DNA of 64,000 bases from Gordius albopunctatus. Taxonomy: Eukaryota. Below the pieces are notes generated by a model. It saw only the letters and a list, made by a program, of their open reading frames with translations. It did not search any database and was not told the DNA's origin. The stretch is from assembly GCA_964276515.1 (NCBI GenBank), contig OZ193909.1, forward strand, positions 17,980,001 to 18,044,000. The letters run 5' to 3'. Below, in pieces: positions 50,069 through 61,920 of the stretch (within the stretch, counting starts at the first letter, position 1; each line of letters begins with the position of its first letter). The translations under genes were made by a program, and so were the position numbers.

Positions 50069-53000
50069 CATGAGCCTTTGTTTTAAGTCTAGACGGCACA
50101 CATATGTAGTGTATTGCGAACAATGAAATGGCTTTGGCTACATAAAATAAATAATCCAATCCTTTCCATAATGGAGTAGGGCAAAGATTTAACTGAACGC
50201 GATAAAAATGTAATAAAATAATTTACTACCAGAGAGTAAAATGGTTTCTTCCATAGTATTAGATCAGAGAAGCAGTTTACAGGGGCGTATCCAGCATTAA
50301 AATTAGAGGGGGCAACAATGATTTAGGGGGAGGGGCAAAATGATCATTTTTTGAAAATTTAGCCATAATTTTAATACATTTTAACAAATTTTTAAGTTTA
50401 GATGGGAGCAGTTGGCCCTTCCTGCCTCCCCCCCCCCTTCCTTGTCTACGCCCATGGCAGTTTAAATCGTTGTGATTTTATTCTTTTATAATATAATCTG
50501 AAAATTAAAAATTTTTGATCTTGAGACAAACCAGTTAAACTAATTTATTCGAAATAAAATTTAATTTTGAAGAAATTGAAATTAGGACATTATATAAACG
50601 TACAATGAAGATTTAAGCGATGGAAACAAATCTAGTCAAATTTATTATGGCCCAAAATTGTTTATAAGCGAATTGTTCTTCTTTCAAGGAAAATTAATTT
50701 GATAAAATTTTGGGCATGCCCGAATCTTATCAGCGTGCCCCCCCCCCCCGGGCCCGCCCGAAAATTAAAATATAAGGCAGTTGCCCGGCCCGACTCGGCG
50801 TCTCTGGTGGGCAGACCACAGATATTACTCTCTCTGTGGCGGGTAACACTATAAGATACCAAGCACAAAATTTGAAATTATATTTTTTTATTTGAAATTT
50901 TGAAAAAAAACTTACCTATATTAGTTTTCCATATTTTCCTTCATTAAATATAGCTCTAGCATATAAAAATATTATGACTCGTTGCACATATTAAGCAATT
51001 TTGTTTGACATATAATATATTATAACTGTTATAGAATCTCTTAAAATAATTCCACAAAAAGTTTAGTTTTAATTAATCGTTATTTTTATATATAAGATTT
51101 AACCTATGATACTGTATAAAAAATCAAGCCATGTTTCCCTATAAAATGTGGCAAATGTTTTAGGCTGAAGGCCCATCGACAAATAATAATCATTTAGAGG
51201 GCTATTATCATGGGATAAATTGCTTGATTGGAATAGCCCCTGTCAAATATCAATTTATCAATAGTCTGTTAGCCTTGCATAAACTTAATGATATCAATAT
51301 ATTACATATTAATCAAGGCAAACAAAGCTTATACACCAATAAAAAATATGAAATTCTCAATTTTTATATAAATCATATGATGGCTCATCAAAAATAATAG
51401 TAGTTATATTAATATTTTTTCTAATTCCAATTCTATTTTATTTTTATGAAATATATATATTGTCCCTTATAAATAAAATATTCTGTCTTTTATCATATTA
51501 ATCTCGAAAATATGATCTATATGATGATTTATACAAAAAAAGGCTTAAGGTATTCAGGCTTTAGAGTTTTGATGTGTGCAATTCAATGATCATGTTTTTA
51601 CAAATTTGTAAGCATTCCTATTTATACACATTATATTTTTGCTCCATAACAGCTTAACACTGTTTATTTGCATTCATGCAAGAGGCTATGAAGTATCTAG
51701 ACTAAATCTAAGTCTCACTTGTCTGGTTAAAAATTCTAGTCACTTATAAATAAGTTGACCATTAAATGGGCCAAGCTCCAGCCAACATAGTCATATGCTG
51801 ACCCAAACATTTGTGTACACCACAAAAAGCTCTATCAAAATCTACAAAGCATTTCTCAATTGAATTCATGAGTTTTGTTGGCCAGTGTAAAACTAAAATT
51901 TAGAAATAACAATGAAGATAAAATCATAAACAATTTACCAAAAAGATAGTTATAAAATTTTGGTGGTGGTAAGAGTTGGTTTTATTTTTCAAATACCCAT
52001 ATATAGCTTAAAAAAATTAACATTTGTACTTTATGCTTCATAGTAATTTTAGAAACATAAAAACAAGCACTACAATGAAACGAGGATAATACGAGATCAT
52101 TATTGGTAAGCAATTTGTTTGCCAACCCTCAATAGGAAAAGTTTTATTTTGCCTTTTTTTAATTATTACAATTATATTATAATTATTTATCAAAATTTAT
52201 TTATATAATTTAAAAATACAAATATAATAGATATTTTGATTTAAAATATTATCAACAAATTATAAGGGTAAACCTTACACATTTTAGACAAATAATGAAT
52301 AAAAAATATTTTAAAGGGCATAAATTAAATAATTACACAAAACTGCCAAAATTAATATTGTGCAATTTAATTTATTTAAAGTTATGTGCAATAAAAAAAG
52401 CAATGATTTTGCCTAATAGATAAATAATCAAAATTGTAATAAAAGAATTGCAATAGGTATAAATTCTTTGTTAAAAAAGATTTCAACAGTTATAAAGCTT
52501 TATTAATAAAAATTTATATTTCCAACAAGACATTTATCAAAACCTTATCTTATCCATACAAATTAAAATATACTACACAATAAAGTTTATCTAAATAGTT
52601 ATGTCATTTGAATTTATACAAAATTATGATTGAAATAATAATAAAACTTACACAAATGCAGATCCTGTGGAAACTGCAACAGCACTGCGCCCAGAACTTC
52701 CACCTGCAATGTTGTCATCATCATCTTTTTCATTGATATTATTGACTAAATCTGAATTCTTGTTCTTCTTGCAAAGCTCATTAGATTGCCAAGCATTTAT
52801 AGCAGGCCCATAAAAACTAGTGACATTTGTTATTCTAATTAAAATAGAGAATATGAATTGATAATATCAGATAGTTCATACAATTTATGTTTAAGCAATA
52901 TAGGAAATATCTGAATTAGGAAGAACATTACCCCATGGAAAATTCATCCATGTTAGTTCTACCAATCAAGACCCCATTTGATTGTATAATTTTTTCCACT

Positions 53001-53111
53001 AATGTGGCATTGTATGTAGGATTATAGTTTGACAGCATTTTTGATGCACATATTGTCTTAAAAGCTTTTGTACAGAAATTGTCTTTAATTGATATTGGCA
53101 AAGCATGCAAT

Positions 53112-54393
53112 TTTAGAAAAATAAGTTTCTACTTTTAATATAACCCAAATGATTCAAGAGAATGAATACTTTTATTTAATAACATCGCGTTTATATACAC
53201 ATCTCTGCGAGGTTATTTGTGTGTATAATAAGGTGAATTGCGAGACATTCAAATACTTAAATGTATTCACTTTTATGATTAGGGTGCGTGAATAATAATT
53301 TGAATAAGTCAGGCGATGATAAAGTATAAGCGAGGAGCTATTAACCAATGTAACGCGTTAGAATTTGCCTAGACGGGGTCAAGGGAAAGTAGCGTGCGAT
53401 TAAATTCGTAGCCTCTACAACTATCATCGGGCCTTCACTCGGAGAGTTGTGGTTAGTGTAGTAGTTTATAGCGCCAATGCACGTGCCTTCCTCTCGATGT
53501 GATGTATGGGTTTTCTTTTGATTTTGTTAGGTCTGGGTCGGAGTTAGCTGGTGTTGTGATCGAGGACCCTAGAAGTTGATGTGCTATCCAATATATAATT
53601 AGATTTGTCGGAGCAGACATATCTATTTTAGAATCGCATTCTTCCCTCGGTTAAATCGATCAGTATTAGTTAAAACCTTGATAGTGGTAGGTAGTAGTAA
53701 GTGTTTTTGCGTTGCCGAACGTCGTCTTTGCTTGTTGCAAGCGGTCCTGCGATGTGTTTTGTAAATAAATTCATTGGCAGGGCAGTGGACCAATAGGACG
53801 TTCAGTAGACGATGTTGTTGCTTGTGTAGCGGAGTAGTATGGTTACCTGGTTTTCTTCGTATTAACAATTAGATAGTTAGGTAGATTGTATCTTTCCCAG
53901 CAGTCGGACAAATATGGATGCCGAATTTAGAAGATAATGCCCCATATCTGAATTGTTTTATTTTAACTAAGAAAACCAAACACCATTACTCCGACAGTCG
54001 GGTTAATGTTTACCTGGGTTATAGATTTATAGGGGGGAGGAATAAACAAAAATTTCGGCTCCCCCATCACGTCGGGGTCACCATTTTTAGAAAAATAAGT
54101 TTCTACTTTTAATATAACCCAAATGATTCAAGAGAATGAATACTTTTATTTAATAACATCGCGTTTATATACACATCTCTGCGAGGTTATTTGTGTGTAT
54201 AATAAGGTGAATTGCGAGACATTCAAATACTTAAATGTATTCACTTTTATGATTAGGGTGCGTGAATAATAATTTGAATAAGTCAGGCGATGATAAAGTA
54301 TAAGCGAGGAGCTATTAACCAATGTAACGTGTTAGAATTTGCCTAGACGGGGTCAAGGGAAAGTAGCGTGCGATTAAATTCGTAGCCTCTACA
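53112..54393 (-). mobile_element. Non-coding miniature LTR retroelement (TRIM-like), copy 2, recent insertion
   Basis: 308-bp LTRs at 53112-53419 and 54086-54393 differ at one position that I could spot. 4-bp TSD caat (53108-53111 / 54394-54397). 18-nt PBS. Confidence 0.95.
54066..54083 (-). promoter_or_regulatory. tRNA-Trp primer-binding site (TGGTGACCCCGACGTGAT)
   Basis: The + strand reads atcacgtcggggtcacca, the 3' end of animal cytosolic tRNA-Trp including CCA, 2 nt from the LTR. Confidence 0.92.
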
Positions 54394-55315
54394 CAATGAT
54401 TCATTTGATACATTCTTTTGCGCTAACCTCGCTTAGTTTGGATTAATTTTTCTAATTTATCATTTGATAATACAGAAATGTAGGCATTCAATTTCTTGGA
54501 TAGTTCTTTATATTTTTGGCATTTTTTAAAGATTTCGATCAACTCTGTATTTTTTAGCTTTATTCCAGAAATAATCTAATTAAAAAAAACAATTTTAAAA
54601 AATATAAGCATGGCAAAACTCTTTTTAGTAATTGGGAAAACTGAACTTACCTCATGGAGTGTAAAATTTGAAACTCCCATATAATATTTAAAATGAACTA
54701 GGCTAAACATTCTCCAATCCTGGTGCCATATTTCATATCGTAAAAACGCGTTGCTTAAACGTTCTCTTACCGAGTGAAAGAAAACAACGCGTCTGCGTTC
54801 GTTAATTGTCCCTTTTTTGTTTACAAACAAACAGCAGTGCGCCATTTTTACATATCATTTTATTTTTTCTCTATAATTTCAATCAAATTTTTTCTGGTCA
54901 TTATTCTTTTGTGCAATTAAAAATATTTTTTAGATAGTAATACAATATATTGGAAATTTTAATTTATTTTGTACACAGAGAATATGCTTATGTCTAAAAG
55001 CAACTTAAAATCTACTTCTTGGATTTTACAAGTATATTAATTTTAAATTTAATTATATTTATTTAGGTTCTCAAGCTAATATTCCTGAAAAAGAGAAAGC
55101 TTCAAAGAATTGTTGGTATGAATTCATAAAGTTTAGAATTAATACTATATATAATTTCCAAAATTTGATTTCTTCTCATGGTGGCATGTAAATAATAGAG
55201 AATTATGAAACCAGCTTGCCTAAAAAAATTGTTGTATAGAGAAATGTTGATATCAAATATTTAGTATTAAGCAATCAAAATAAAACTATTTTAATATATT
55301 AATGGCTTAATTATG

Positions 55316-55880
55316 GAAACCGTCGTGGAGAACAATATATCGCTGGTCCTTTTGTTATTATATGGTGTTGGGTATTATGTTTCACTTTGTCATTAAAATC
55401 TGGTGGCTTTGTAATATCCGGAAATTGTTTTAATATGGAGTAAAAATCATTACCCTGTGGAATTGGGCTGTTTATAGATGACATTCAGGAATTGGTTATA
55501 TTCGATAATTTTAGAGAAGAATTTTGTATATTAATTATGCGTTTATTTTTAATGCCAATTAAACCAAATTGTGATATAAAATCTGAACCTAATATCGGTG
55601 AATGAACGTCTGCGATCAAAAAAGTCCATTTAAATTCTCTTTTTAATCCTATATCTAATGTTAACGATGTTTTCCCGTAAGTATTTATATTGCTCGAATT
55701 AGCTGCTTTTAAACATAATTTATTTAATGTTACTTTAGTTTTTGTTGTGGGTAGAATTACGCTGATTTGGGCTACCGTATCAATCAGATAACGTAAACCT
55801 GATATTTTGTCAAAAGCATAGAAAAGGCGATTATGGTTGATATGGCCGGATCCAGCTATCGCCTTTACTGGTAGGCCTGC
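55316..55880 (-). mobile_element. Gypsy-type aspartyl protease / pre-RT fragment
   Basis: The minus strand translates RLFYAFDKISGLRYLIDTVAQISV..P...LKAANSSNINTYG...FLIADV.SPILGSDF...HNTQHHIITKGP...PRR (DTGA degenerated to DTVA). Confidence 0.85.
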
Positions 55881-55887
55881 CTTTTTA

Positions 55888-56861
55888 AAATCTCGTCTAG
55901 GATGCGATTATGAAAATCTCGTTTTGACCTAAAGAAATCTCGGTCTCTCCTCGTCTCGCCAAATCTCAACTTATAAATTTTTTTATTAAATATTGAAAAA
56001 CAAACCATTTTATTATATTTCAAAGCTTTCTTGCACTAATATGCAACATGTCATTAATATCCCCAATACTCTATTTCACTACATTCAAAAGGTATACCAA
56101 ACTATTAATTAACAGTTTATGAAAGCTTTTATTGTACTTTTTACGAGTTTTAATTTGTGCAACTAATAATCAATTCTGTAAACAAAAATATCATTGTACT
56201 TTTTACGAGTTTTAATTTGTGTAACTAATAATCAATTCTGTAAACAAGAATATCATTAAAAGTCACTCGCACTTTGTGGTTTATAGTGTTATAGTAAACA
56301 TGCAATAAACACTATAGGCTATAATTGAGGATGGTAATATCAATGAGCTTAAATGTTTGCCTTAAATATGGTAAGGTCTTCTTTGAAGCTTTAGCAAGAG
56401 TTAATAAAGGGTCTCAATTTGTTCAATTATGGAACTAAGTCAACTATAATAGAATTTATAGTTTTCTAAGTCTAGTTATAGCTGAGAGACACAGTGAATT
56501 ATAGACAAATGTTATAATTTGCTATAACAATAAAATTTATTTTTTTATATTTTAAATTTATTTATGGTTTTTTAGTCTGCTTTTTATAGAAAATGTTATC
56601 TTTATGAATTAATTCATATCTTTATATTGTCAATGAAATGTCGGGTCCCGCTAAATATGTTTGTCTTTAAGTTTGTAAAAAAAAAAGTTTGCCATTTGGA
56701 TTTTTTAATAATTATTTAATATTTTTAATAAAACATAAAAAAAAACTTTATTCCGTATACATATATTTGTAATAAAGACGAGACGAGACCGAGATTTTCG
56801 TAATCGCTCCCGAGACGAGACGAGATTTTGTTTTCGAGACCGAGACTAGATCGAAACACTA
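55888..56861. mobile_element. hAT-like non-autonomous element with (cgaga)n subterminal repeats, left end truncated; contains a 62-bp tandem duplication at ~56131-56256
   Basis: aaaatctcg..gcgatta.gaaaatctcg at the left is inverted relative to cgagattttcgtaatcgc..cgagatttt at the right. Ends cgaaacacta. Confidence 0.65.
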
Positions 56862-58620
56862 GTGCTCAAGCAAAGCACATAGTTAGCATTGCTAAGGCTA
56901 GCAATTTAACAACCCTAATGCTTAGCAAGAAAAATCTATCGGAAAACCGTTTGCATATTTTGGTAAAGTTTTTCGTGCTGAACACGAATATATTTTTGAA
57001 TTTGTATCTCTTAGGCTAATTTTTGTAATATTTCCTGTCAAAGCTGCTAAAAACAGAGATTTTAGCGTTTTTTAAAAGAAAAATCATATAAGGAACCATG
57101 AGTTAAGGGATAAACTAAATTAAATCCCGATTAAGAGAAATTTTGTTGTAAGAAGATTAAAATGGTATTGGTTATTTGGGAAGACGGTAGTAAAGTTATC
57201 TGGCAAAGCCTATCAAGAAGGTGCAAGTGGAAGGTAAGCGAGAGAATGTTAGGACCAACATATTAACATAAAATAGATATAGGAAGGGTACGTGCTGAAG
57301 CGAAGCTAGTGTAAGTGTAGAAATTACTTATCCTAACCACCAAGCGTGACAAGCAGCTGTAGTAAAAAAATATAAATAAATCTAGATTAAGAGACAACAT
57401 CTTAGTGCAAATAATTACACAGGACAGGTGTATCAATATAAAACATGTTTTTTACAAGACTAGCAAGTATCATGAGCTGACTTATACAAACAAAGCGCGC
57501 CCAGAAATTTTAAAAAGTATAGTGACGGAAGTCAATGACGTCAATCAATATTACTTCTTGGAAACTTAATTCTATTTCCCAGAAAATAATCGATCTTCAT
57601 GGAAACTCATCGATTAGTTTAGATCTTCTAAGAATATTATCGAATTTACAATAATAATTATTATGTATTTTATAATAACTATATAAACCCAATTTACACA
57701 CATGTTAAAAGAGTTGTGTAATATTACTCCCGATTATAAATGTTCGGCGTTAAATAATATTAATAACAACAAGCTATTAAAAAAGATATAATATTGTTAA
57801 AATTATGGTTACCTAGGCAATTTGAATAAAGCAAATCGAACATCGGTTACCTAGGAAAAAACTTAACATTTATTCATTCGAGCATTCACAAATCTTACTA
57901 TTCATAAATCTTAACCTTTTATTTGACCGCTCATTATAATTTAAATCTCTCGTTATTATTCACAGAAGTAAACTTAATAATAAATAGCTAAGATGCAATA
58001 AACTAACAAATAGCGAAATTAAAAATGAAATTAACAATCATCGTGATTCTATAATTTATTAGTAAACGCGTGGCCTTGAACAACCAAACGAGATCATAAA
58101 ATCCAAATAATTAATCCAAGGGCAATTATAATTTTACAAATCAAAAAGGGCAAATCATTGCCACGGTAATAAAAATTACTAAACATTGGCCTAATGGCAC
58201 AGTTTATAAACACAATATGTTACATAAAAGAATTCATTCACTTGAATCATTTGTGTTATATTAAATTAGAAACTTATTTCTCTACAAAATCTTAATAACA
58301 ACAATCGTTTATAGAATAATCATAATTTTTATCAATTTTCTGTGTAATATTGAAGGATATTTTTTTAATAATAGGTTTCTGATTTATTAATTAAACAGTC
58401 AATAAAACATTTGGATGGTTTCAATAAGCTTAAAGCTTGATCATATGTTAGGTATACTCATTCCTACATGCTCAAATGCCAACTGCTCATCAGTTATATC
58501 GTTAATAGATTATTAACGATCGTTAATAACTTATTAACGATCGTTAATTCCCACGAATTTTGAACATCCGTTAATTCCCACACATTTTGAACATTTCCTT
58601 TTAAGCTTTATCATTATTCC

Positions 58621-60694
58621 ATGTCTATTGAATTTATATTATCCCCAAATCAAAAACCAATTATGGTATTTGATGATTTTCAATACGTCAATATAAAAGT
58701 GGGGAAAAAATGCAGGAATATTATAGATGTAGGACCCAAAAATGTGGAGCTAGAGCAATTTATCATAATTCCCAATTTAACCTGACACACCAACATGACG
58801 ATATCCCACATAGAAAAAATATAACAAGTAAGTTTAAAGTTAACTATTAGAATTTAATTTTATTTCTTATAGCCTCCCCTAACTTACCCCTTCAAATTCC
58901 TTCATGTGCACCGTTGCAGACCCTCAACATTGGAAATATAACAAGTAAGTTTAGAGTTAACTATTATATTGATTGTTATATTACAAACTTTTTAAGATAT
59001 TATCCGAAATGTACGGGCTAATAATAGTGGCCATAACCCTTCCATCAGCAATACATCAATATGTAAGATATGTTTGAAAATAATATAGTAACAAAATATA
59101 TTTTTATACCACTTAAAATCTAATCCTTTAGATGTAAGTTTACAAACAACACATTTCAAGTGTAATTCTTTCTAATTCATCTATGTAGGTAATGTCTCAC
59201 AAGTCCAAGCCCGAGGACCTCCACCTATAATAACTTCCTCTACATTCGTGAATACAAGCATTAGATGTAAGTTTACAAACAACACATTTCAAGTGTAATT
59301 CTTTCTAATTCATCTATGTAGGTAATGTCTCACAAGTCCAAGCCCGAGGACCTCCACCTATAATAACTTCCTCTACATTTGTGAATACAAGCATTAGATG
59401 TAAGTTTACAAACAACACATTTCAAGTGTAATTCTTTCTAATTCATCTATGTAGGTAATGTCTCACAAGTCCAAGCCCGAGGACCTCCACCTATAATAAC
59501 TTCCTCTACATTTGTGAATACAAGCATTAGATGTAAGTTTACAAACTACACATTTCAAGTGTAATTCTTTCTAATTCATCTATGTAGGTGATGTCTCACA
59601 ACCTAACTTACCCCTTCAAATTCCTTCATGTGCACCATTGCAGACCCTCAACATTGGAAATATAACAAGTAAATTTAGAGTTAACTATTAGATTGATTGT
59701 TATATTAAAAACTTTTTAAGATATTATCCAAAATGTACGGGCTAATAATAGAGGTCATAACCCTTCCATCAGCAATACATCAATATGTAAGATATGTTTG
59801 AAAAGAATATATTAACAAAATATATTTTTTATGCCACTTAATATCTAATCCTTTATTCAAATTTTATAATGTTAACTTAAGCTTTAATATAAATTTGCAT
59901 ATTTTTCTACCTATAATAACTTCATCTTCATTTGTGAATACAAGCATTAGATATAAGTTTACAAACAACACATTTCAAGTGTAATTCTTTCTAATTCATC
60001 TATGTAGGTAATGTCTCACAAGTCCAAGCCCGAGGACCTCCACCTATAATAACTTCCTCTACATTTGTGAATACAAGCATTAGATGTAAGTTTAAAAACA
60101 ACACATTTCAAGTGTAATTCTTTCTAATTCATCTATGTAGGTAATGTCTCACAAGTCCAAGCCCGAGGACCTCCACCTATAATAACTTCCTCTACATTTG
60201 TGAATACAAGCATTAGATGTAAGTTTACAAACAACACATTTAATTTGTATAGATTTTACATCAAGTCCTAGTCAATCTCTCCCAGCTCCTGCTTTACCTT
60301 CTACCATTTCTACATACGATAATTGTTAGTTATTTATTTATTATAAGATTTGCTAGTTTTAATTAAAGTTACAATTTATAAAAAAAGCAAGCCTATTGTA
60401 TTAGTTAAATAAAAATTTATAATATATTTTAGGCTCAATCAGGGATGCAGAAATTTTGGTTGATGTAGTGGAACGAATACAAAGCAGTCAGCAAAGTAAT
60501 AGTTATATTTTACATAATAAATTTTATTACCTTTTTTAGATATCATGCGCTTTATTCCATCTGGCAAAGGTTACCTTCTTTACTTTTGTGGTTATCTGTA
60601 TTACAAAACAAGAAGAGCCCCGTCTACTACCTACTATCGGTGTAGGACGAGGAGTTGCCCTGGCAAGGCAAAAATTAGCCTTAATGAAATTGAT
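58621..60694 (+). pseudogene. FLYWCH - repetitive micro-exon linker - FLYWCH gene (probable MULE transposase N-terminus), frameshifted/truncated
   Basis: 58621 ATG: MSIEFILSPNQKPIMVFDDFQY.../EYYRCRTQKCGARA...H (a 1-nt shift in an A-run). Then many short GT-AG-bounded S/T/P-rich exons, then GKGYLLYFCGYLYYK...TYYRCRTRSCPGKAKI (60540-60694). Confidence 0.7.
59134..60240 (+). repeat. Tandem array of 133-bp intron+exon units, with a higher-order duplication (58873-59130 ~ 59600-59855)
   Basis: gtaagtttacaaac... donors at 59134, 59267, 59400, 59533 (133-bp spacing), and at 59953 (mutated to ataag), 60086, 60219. Units are nearly identical. Confidence 0.95.
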
Positions 60695-61920
60695 GTATAT
60701 GAATTTATTGATAATATTTCTGTATATATGTATTTACAATCGCATGAATTAATTGTTGACACATAAATAAAATATTGGAAAAAAACTTAAAAACCAAAAA
60801 AAATAGAGTCGTGCATTTTTTGTCAATACCAAAACAATTATTAATATGTTGAAAATTTTGAATTGGTAAATACATCAGTCGCAAACAGGCTTTTGTTCCT
60901 TCCAACAAGTTAAATTTTTATTAGTGAAGCTGCATAAAATCATTTATGATGTTAATTTGGAAAAAAACTAAGTAATTGAACTAAATTATAAAATAATATA
61001 CGAAGCTATAATCCCGTCCGGACCCGGCCCGTTTAAATTTTTATGATACAAAGCCCGTTCGTAGGCCCTGCCCATGCAGATCTATAATATCGACATCTTA
61101 ATACATTTTTTATTATATCATACAGCTTACTAATTACGGATTCATAAATATTGCCAGTAATCATGTTTATAAGATGTAATTGAGTAAGAACTACAAGTAG
61201 GAATTTTAGTATCACCTTCATCGCATATCTATTTGTCAGAAGCAATTGATAGTATTTGTTTACAGACATGATAAACTTTATATTGCTTTCCATAAGTAAA
61301 AATATGTCATTTGTATATCAAAATTAAATCACAAAACAAATCTAGACTATTACCATTCGTTAATTGTTAAAGTTTAATTCTATCCCATAAGAATATAAAC
61401 TTATTGTACATATAAATAGATTAAGTAAATTTTATTCCCCATATTAAAATTGAACTTCTTAATAGAATTTACGCTAGATAAGTAAATCTAAATTAATTTT
61501 TTATAATATATAAAAACTATGATTGATGACTCACTATTTTATTGTAAAATTTGCATTAAAATTTTACTCTCATTTCACTTTTTCTAGGATATAAAATTTA
61601 TGAAAGATGATTCATTATTCAAATATATATTTAATCATTCTACAAATATTACAATCAAAACCTAGGTGAGTGAATCTGAAACCGTTTCTTATTATGCTAT
61701 AATATTATACTCTTACATCTTTACTTACTTATATTATAACTTTTAAATAAGGAAAACATTATTTTAAAATATTGAAAACATGTTGTTTATATAACCTTAT
61801 TTCATATATTTTATATTTTGAATATGTACTAAAATGCGCTTTATATAACCTTTGAGCAGTTGGCAAATGTGCCGGATTCTACTCATTCGTTAATTTAAAT
61901 TTCTAACCGCTTATTCTTAA

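Larger units (their letters stand above)
52652..54710 (-). pseudogene. QRSL1: Glutamyl-tRNA(Gln) amidotransferase subunit A (GatA/QRSL1), 5' portion, disrupted
   Basis: Exons 54710-54651, 54575-52932 (interrupted by the TRIM) and 52834-52652 encode LNAYIS, LHALPISIKDNFCT, CASKML..Y.P.YNAT, GRTNMDEFSMG and AGGSSGRSAVAV. There is a frameshift near 54430, and I found no downstream GSDTGGS exon. Confidence 0.8.

Noticed and set aside
51760..52140. Exon-like minus-strand segments (IYGYLKNK..., LHWPTKLMNS...) as GatA continuation or a separate gene
   Set aside because: Plausible splice sites exist, but there are no amidase motifs or recognisable homology, so I cannot support a gene call.
54066..54083. 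tRNA-Trp gene
   Set aside because: Only the 3' 18 nt including CCA are present, adjacent to an LTR, so this is a PBS and not a tRNA gene.
53112..54393. Retrozyme (hammerhead-carrying LTR element) or Cassandra-like 5S-bearing TRIM
   Set aside because: I found no CUGANGA...GAAA core on either strand and no recognisable 5S sequence in the LTRs or interior.
54984..55115. Start of a divergent + strand gene head-to-head with GatA
   Set aside because: Two tiny exon-like segments only, running into transposon debris, with no recognisable product.
58498..58598. Palindromic ttaacgatcgttaa repeats as the TIR of the FLYWCH/MULE locus
   Set aside because: The orientation looks like a right end, and no partner repeat or TSD was found in the window.
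59134..60240. CRISPR-like array
   Set aside because: Units are identical end to end with no unique spacers, no cas genes are present, and the context is eukaryotic.
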